Assembly (NCBI GenBank): GCA_038087875.1
Contig: JAXLNO010000563.1
Coordinates: 124,001-188,000 of the forward strand
Length of the DNA: 64,000 nt
Direction: 5' to 3'
Source of the DNA: Malacoraja senta
Taxonomy: Eukaryota
A model generated the notes under the pieces. It was not told the DNA's origin. It was given only the letters and a program-made list of their open reading frames with translations, and ran no database searches. A program made the translations under genes and the position numbers. Below are positions 61,601-64,000 of this stretch, piece after piece. How positions within the stretch are numbered: position 1 is the first letter of the stretch; each line of letters starts with the position of its first letter.

Positions 61601-64000
61601 GAATTATTATTATTATTATTATCTCAATGATATCTTGATTACAGGGGTATCCAATAGAACAGCTGAAGTAATCGGTGGTAGTTGTTAAATCCACTTTTCA
61701 AAGATTGGGTATCCATCCAGCCAGTTATCCATCCAGAGATATCCAAATGAACACCTGAGTATTTGGGTCATAATTGATTCAATGAACATGGTAGTGACTC
61801 TGCCCAGGCAGTAAGGGTAGAGCTAATTGACAGCTGTATCAAGCTAATGGAGGCACTAAGGATACATTTGGGTCATTATAATAGATCCATGCAGTTATCA
61901 GCAGAGGCTGTTTCTGAATTGCAATGGTGGATTCACCATGTGTCCAGGAGTTCTAGCAAGGTAGTGCTTGACCAGCCTTCCATGATTTTGCAGATGAATG
62001 CCAGTGTACTCGGGTGGGGTGTCATGGATACGAGTTTCAGCAGTGGAGGCAGATGGACTTAGCAAGAGGCATCGCTTCTGCAGACATGGGCTATTAACTA
62101 TTAAGAGCTTTTTATGGATAAGGCTTATTGCTCTAACAAAGGTAACCTGCATGTTCAGTTTCAGATTGACAATACTATGGCAGTGGCATATATATTAATC
62201 ACATCGGTGGAATCAAGTCGGTATCTTGTGACAGATTGGCAAATCAAATTTGGGCCTGGTGCATTGAAAAATATATTTGGTTTTCAGCTATTTATCTACC
62301 AGGTAGTTTCAACATAGTAGCAGACACCAAGTCACGAAAGTTCCATGACAACACAGATTGGATGTTGAACCAGGAGGTGTACAATAATATAGTACTTATA
62401 TACAGTATGAATGCCAGATATCGATTTGTTTTGCATCGAGGTTTAACCACCAGCTGCCTAAATATGTTTCATGGGAACCAGACCAGGGGGCAGTTGCAAT
62501 TGATGCTTTCTCGCTACATTGGGGTGGTATATTTTTATATATTTTCCCACCATTCTGCCTCATAGGTCGGAGTCTGCAAAAAATCAAGCAGGATGCCGCT
62601 TCGGGGGTGCTTGTAATACTTATTGCCCGACTCAAGCATGGTTCCCTTTGAAGTTACAGTTAGCGATCCAACCTCCTTTGGTGGTTCCCAAGCATAGGAA
62701 TTTACTGGAGCATCCGCTAACATGGGAAAGTCATCCGTTATGTGATCGTATTGACTTGTTAATTTGCAGGTTTTAAGAAGACCATACCAGGGGCGAGGAC
62801 TGTCTGGGCGAACGGTGGACATGCTCACTGCAGCCTGGAGAAAGAGTACTGGAGAAGCGGTATATTGACTATAGTACTGTAGGTATTGTGGATATTTTAG
62901 AGATCCTGTTGTCACTCTACGATGATGAGGGGCTCAGTTATATTGCCATTAATACAGCTTTAAGTGCTTTGTCCTTGTATATTTTGATGGGGTCAGGAAA
63001 AGATCCTATTGGGTTTTCATCATCTCATAGCTCGATTGATGAAAGGAATTTCCACTCCAAACCTCCTAAACCCAGGAAGATGGCGATCTGGGATGTAAGT
63101 GTGGTCCTCAAGATGCTTCGACAGTAGGTTCCTGTCATGTCTCTGAATTTGCCAAACTAACCATGAAGGTGGTCATGCTCATGGCATTGGTTCAGCATAG
63201 CGAGTGCAGATTTTGCAAAAGCTTCTGCTAGACAGGATGGAAGTGGTTGAAGAGAATGTTATGTTATATATTTGCGCCCTGCTCAAACAGAGCAGGCCAG
63301 GTGTCACAGGTTTGTTAAAATTGTGTTTTCAGCATAACCTACTGATCCATGTTTATGTGTAATGGCACATTTATTTTCATTATATTGAAGCTACAAGGAC
63401 CTTAAGAAATGTGGAAGCATTGTTTATCAGTTACATGAAGCCACACAGGAGAGTGTCAGTGCAGACTATCTCAAGGTGGTTTAAAGCAAATGTTGATTCA
63501 GGCAGGTATTAACACTGACGTGTATATATCTTTTTCCACTAGTGCAGCAGCAACGTCATCGGCTAGGGCGATGGATGTTCCCATCGGCCATATTCTTACA
63601 GGTCAAATGAATTCCTTTTAAATTTTTTTTACCATCGGCCGATTGTCGATCGGCGAGAGGCTGTTTGCAAATTCAGTATTAAGTTCTATTTAGTTTCCCC
63701 TGGGATAGAGGGGTTACTGTTTGTTTTGATTATTCAAATCAATTGTTACTGCATGATATTCAATTTCATGGTTAACAAATTATTGATTGTTTCTCATCCG
63801 AAGTCAATCAATGCAGTGAGAAGCCGGAATTTGAATCTGCAGCATAAAATCACAGAGCTTTGAACTCTTCACGGAATCACTCACGTGACTCCGAAATAAA
63901 ATAGTAAGATTAAACGAGAACTTACCAGTTTGAAGTTTGATCTTTATTTTATGAGGAGTTACGTTGGTGATTATGTGCCCGCCACGCCCAACCCTCTCTC
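58698..64000 (+). mobile_element. DIRS retrotransposon #6, decayed, running off the window end
   Basis: 5' terminus ATTTTgcttcggagtcac; gag ATG at 58931; RT, RH (QMNASVLGWG), MT and YR remnants; ICR at 63865-63970. Confidence 0.92.
60660..61620 (+). mobile_element. Composite non-autonomous retroposon with an L2-type (ATT)n tail, inserted in the RT of DIRS #6
   Basis: Flanked by ttatctca on both sides; the 3' part (61370-61620) matches 12100-12330. Confidence 0.7.

Overview
Eukaryotic, repeat-dense DNA, most likely from a cartilaginous fish such as a skate or ray (inferred from HE1-type V-SINEs, HER1/CR1 tails and Penelope-type terminal repeats). Most short ORFs in the track are noise or transposon fragments. 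One intact host gene can be assembled by hand: a 4-exon, minus-strand, 196-aa secreted SOUL/heme-binding protein 2-like gene (CDS 9992-17402, all GT-AG, compatible phases 0/1/2). It sits among decayed paralogous units: a frameshifted exon 1 at 5.8 kb and further upstream/intron relics at 30-35 kb and 41-48 kb. From 23.8 kb to the end there are six DIRS tyrosine-recombinase retrotransposons and a large inverted duplication (about 29.9-35.0 kb versus 40.8-53.6 kb) whose arms provide filled/empty site pairs. Most notable observations: (1) four divergent DIRS copies share a phase-0 splice donor at the gag/pol boundary and an acceptor at the start of a YR frame that is closed upstream, suggesting the recombinase is made by splicing out the whole pol region; (2) two different DIRS elements occupy the same nucleotide of paralogous segments; (3) an Academ-like DNA transposon upstream of the gene carries half an IgV exon of a CD2/SLAM/CEACAM-type receptor between two Helitrons; (4) Penelope-type repeats carry minimal hammerhead ribozyme motifs. 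All alignments and identities were judged by eye; no database search was run.
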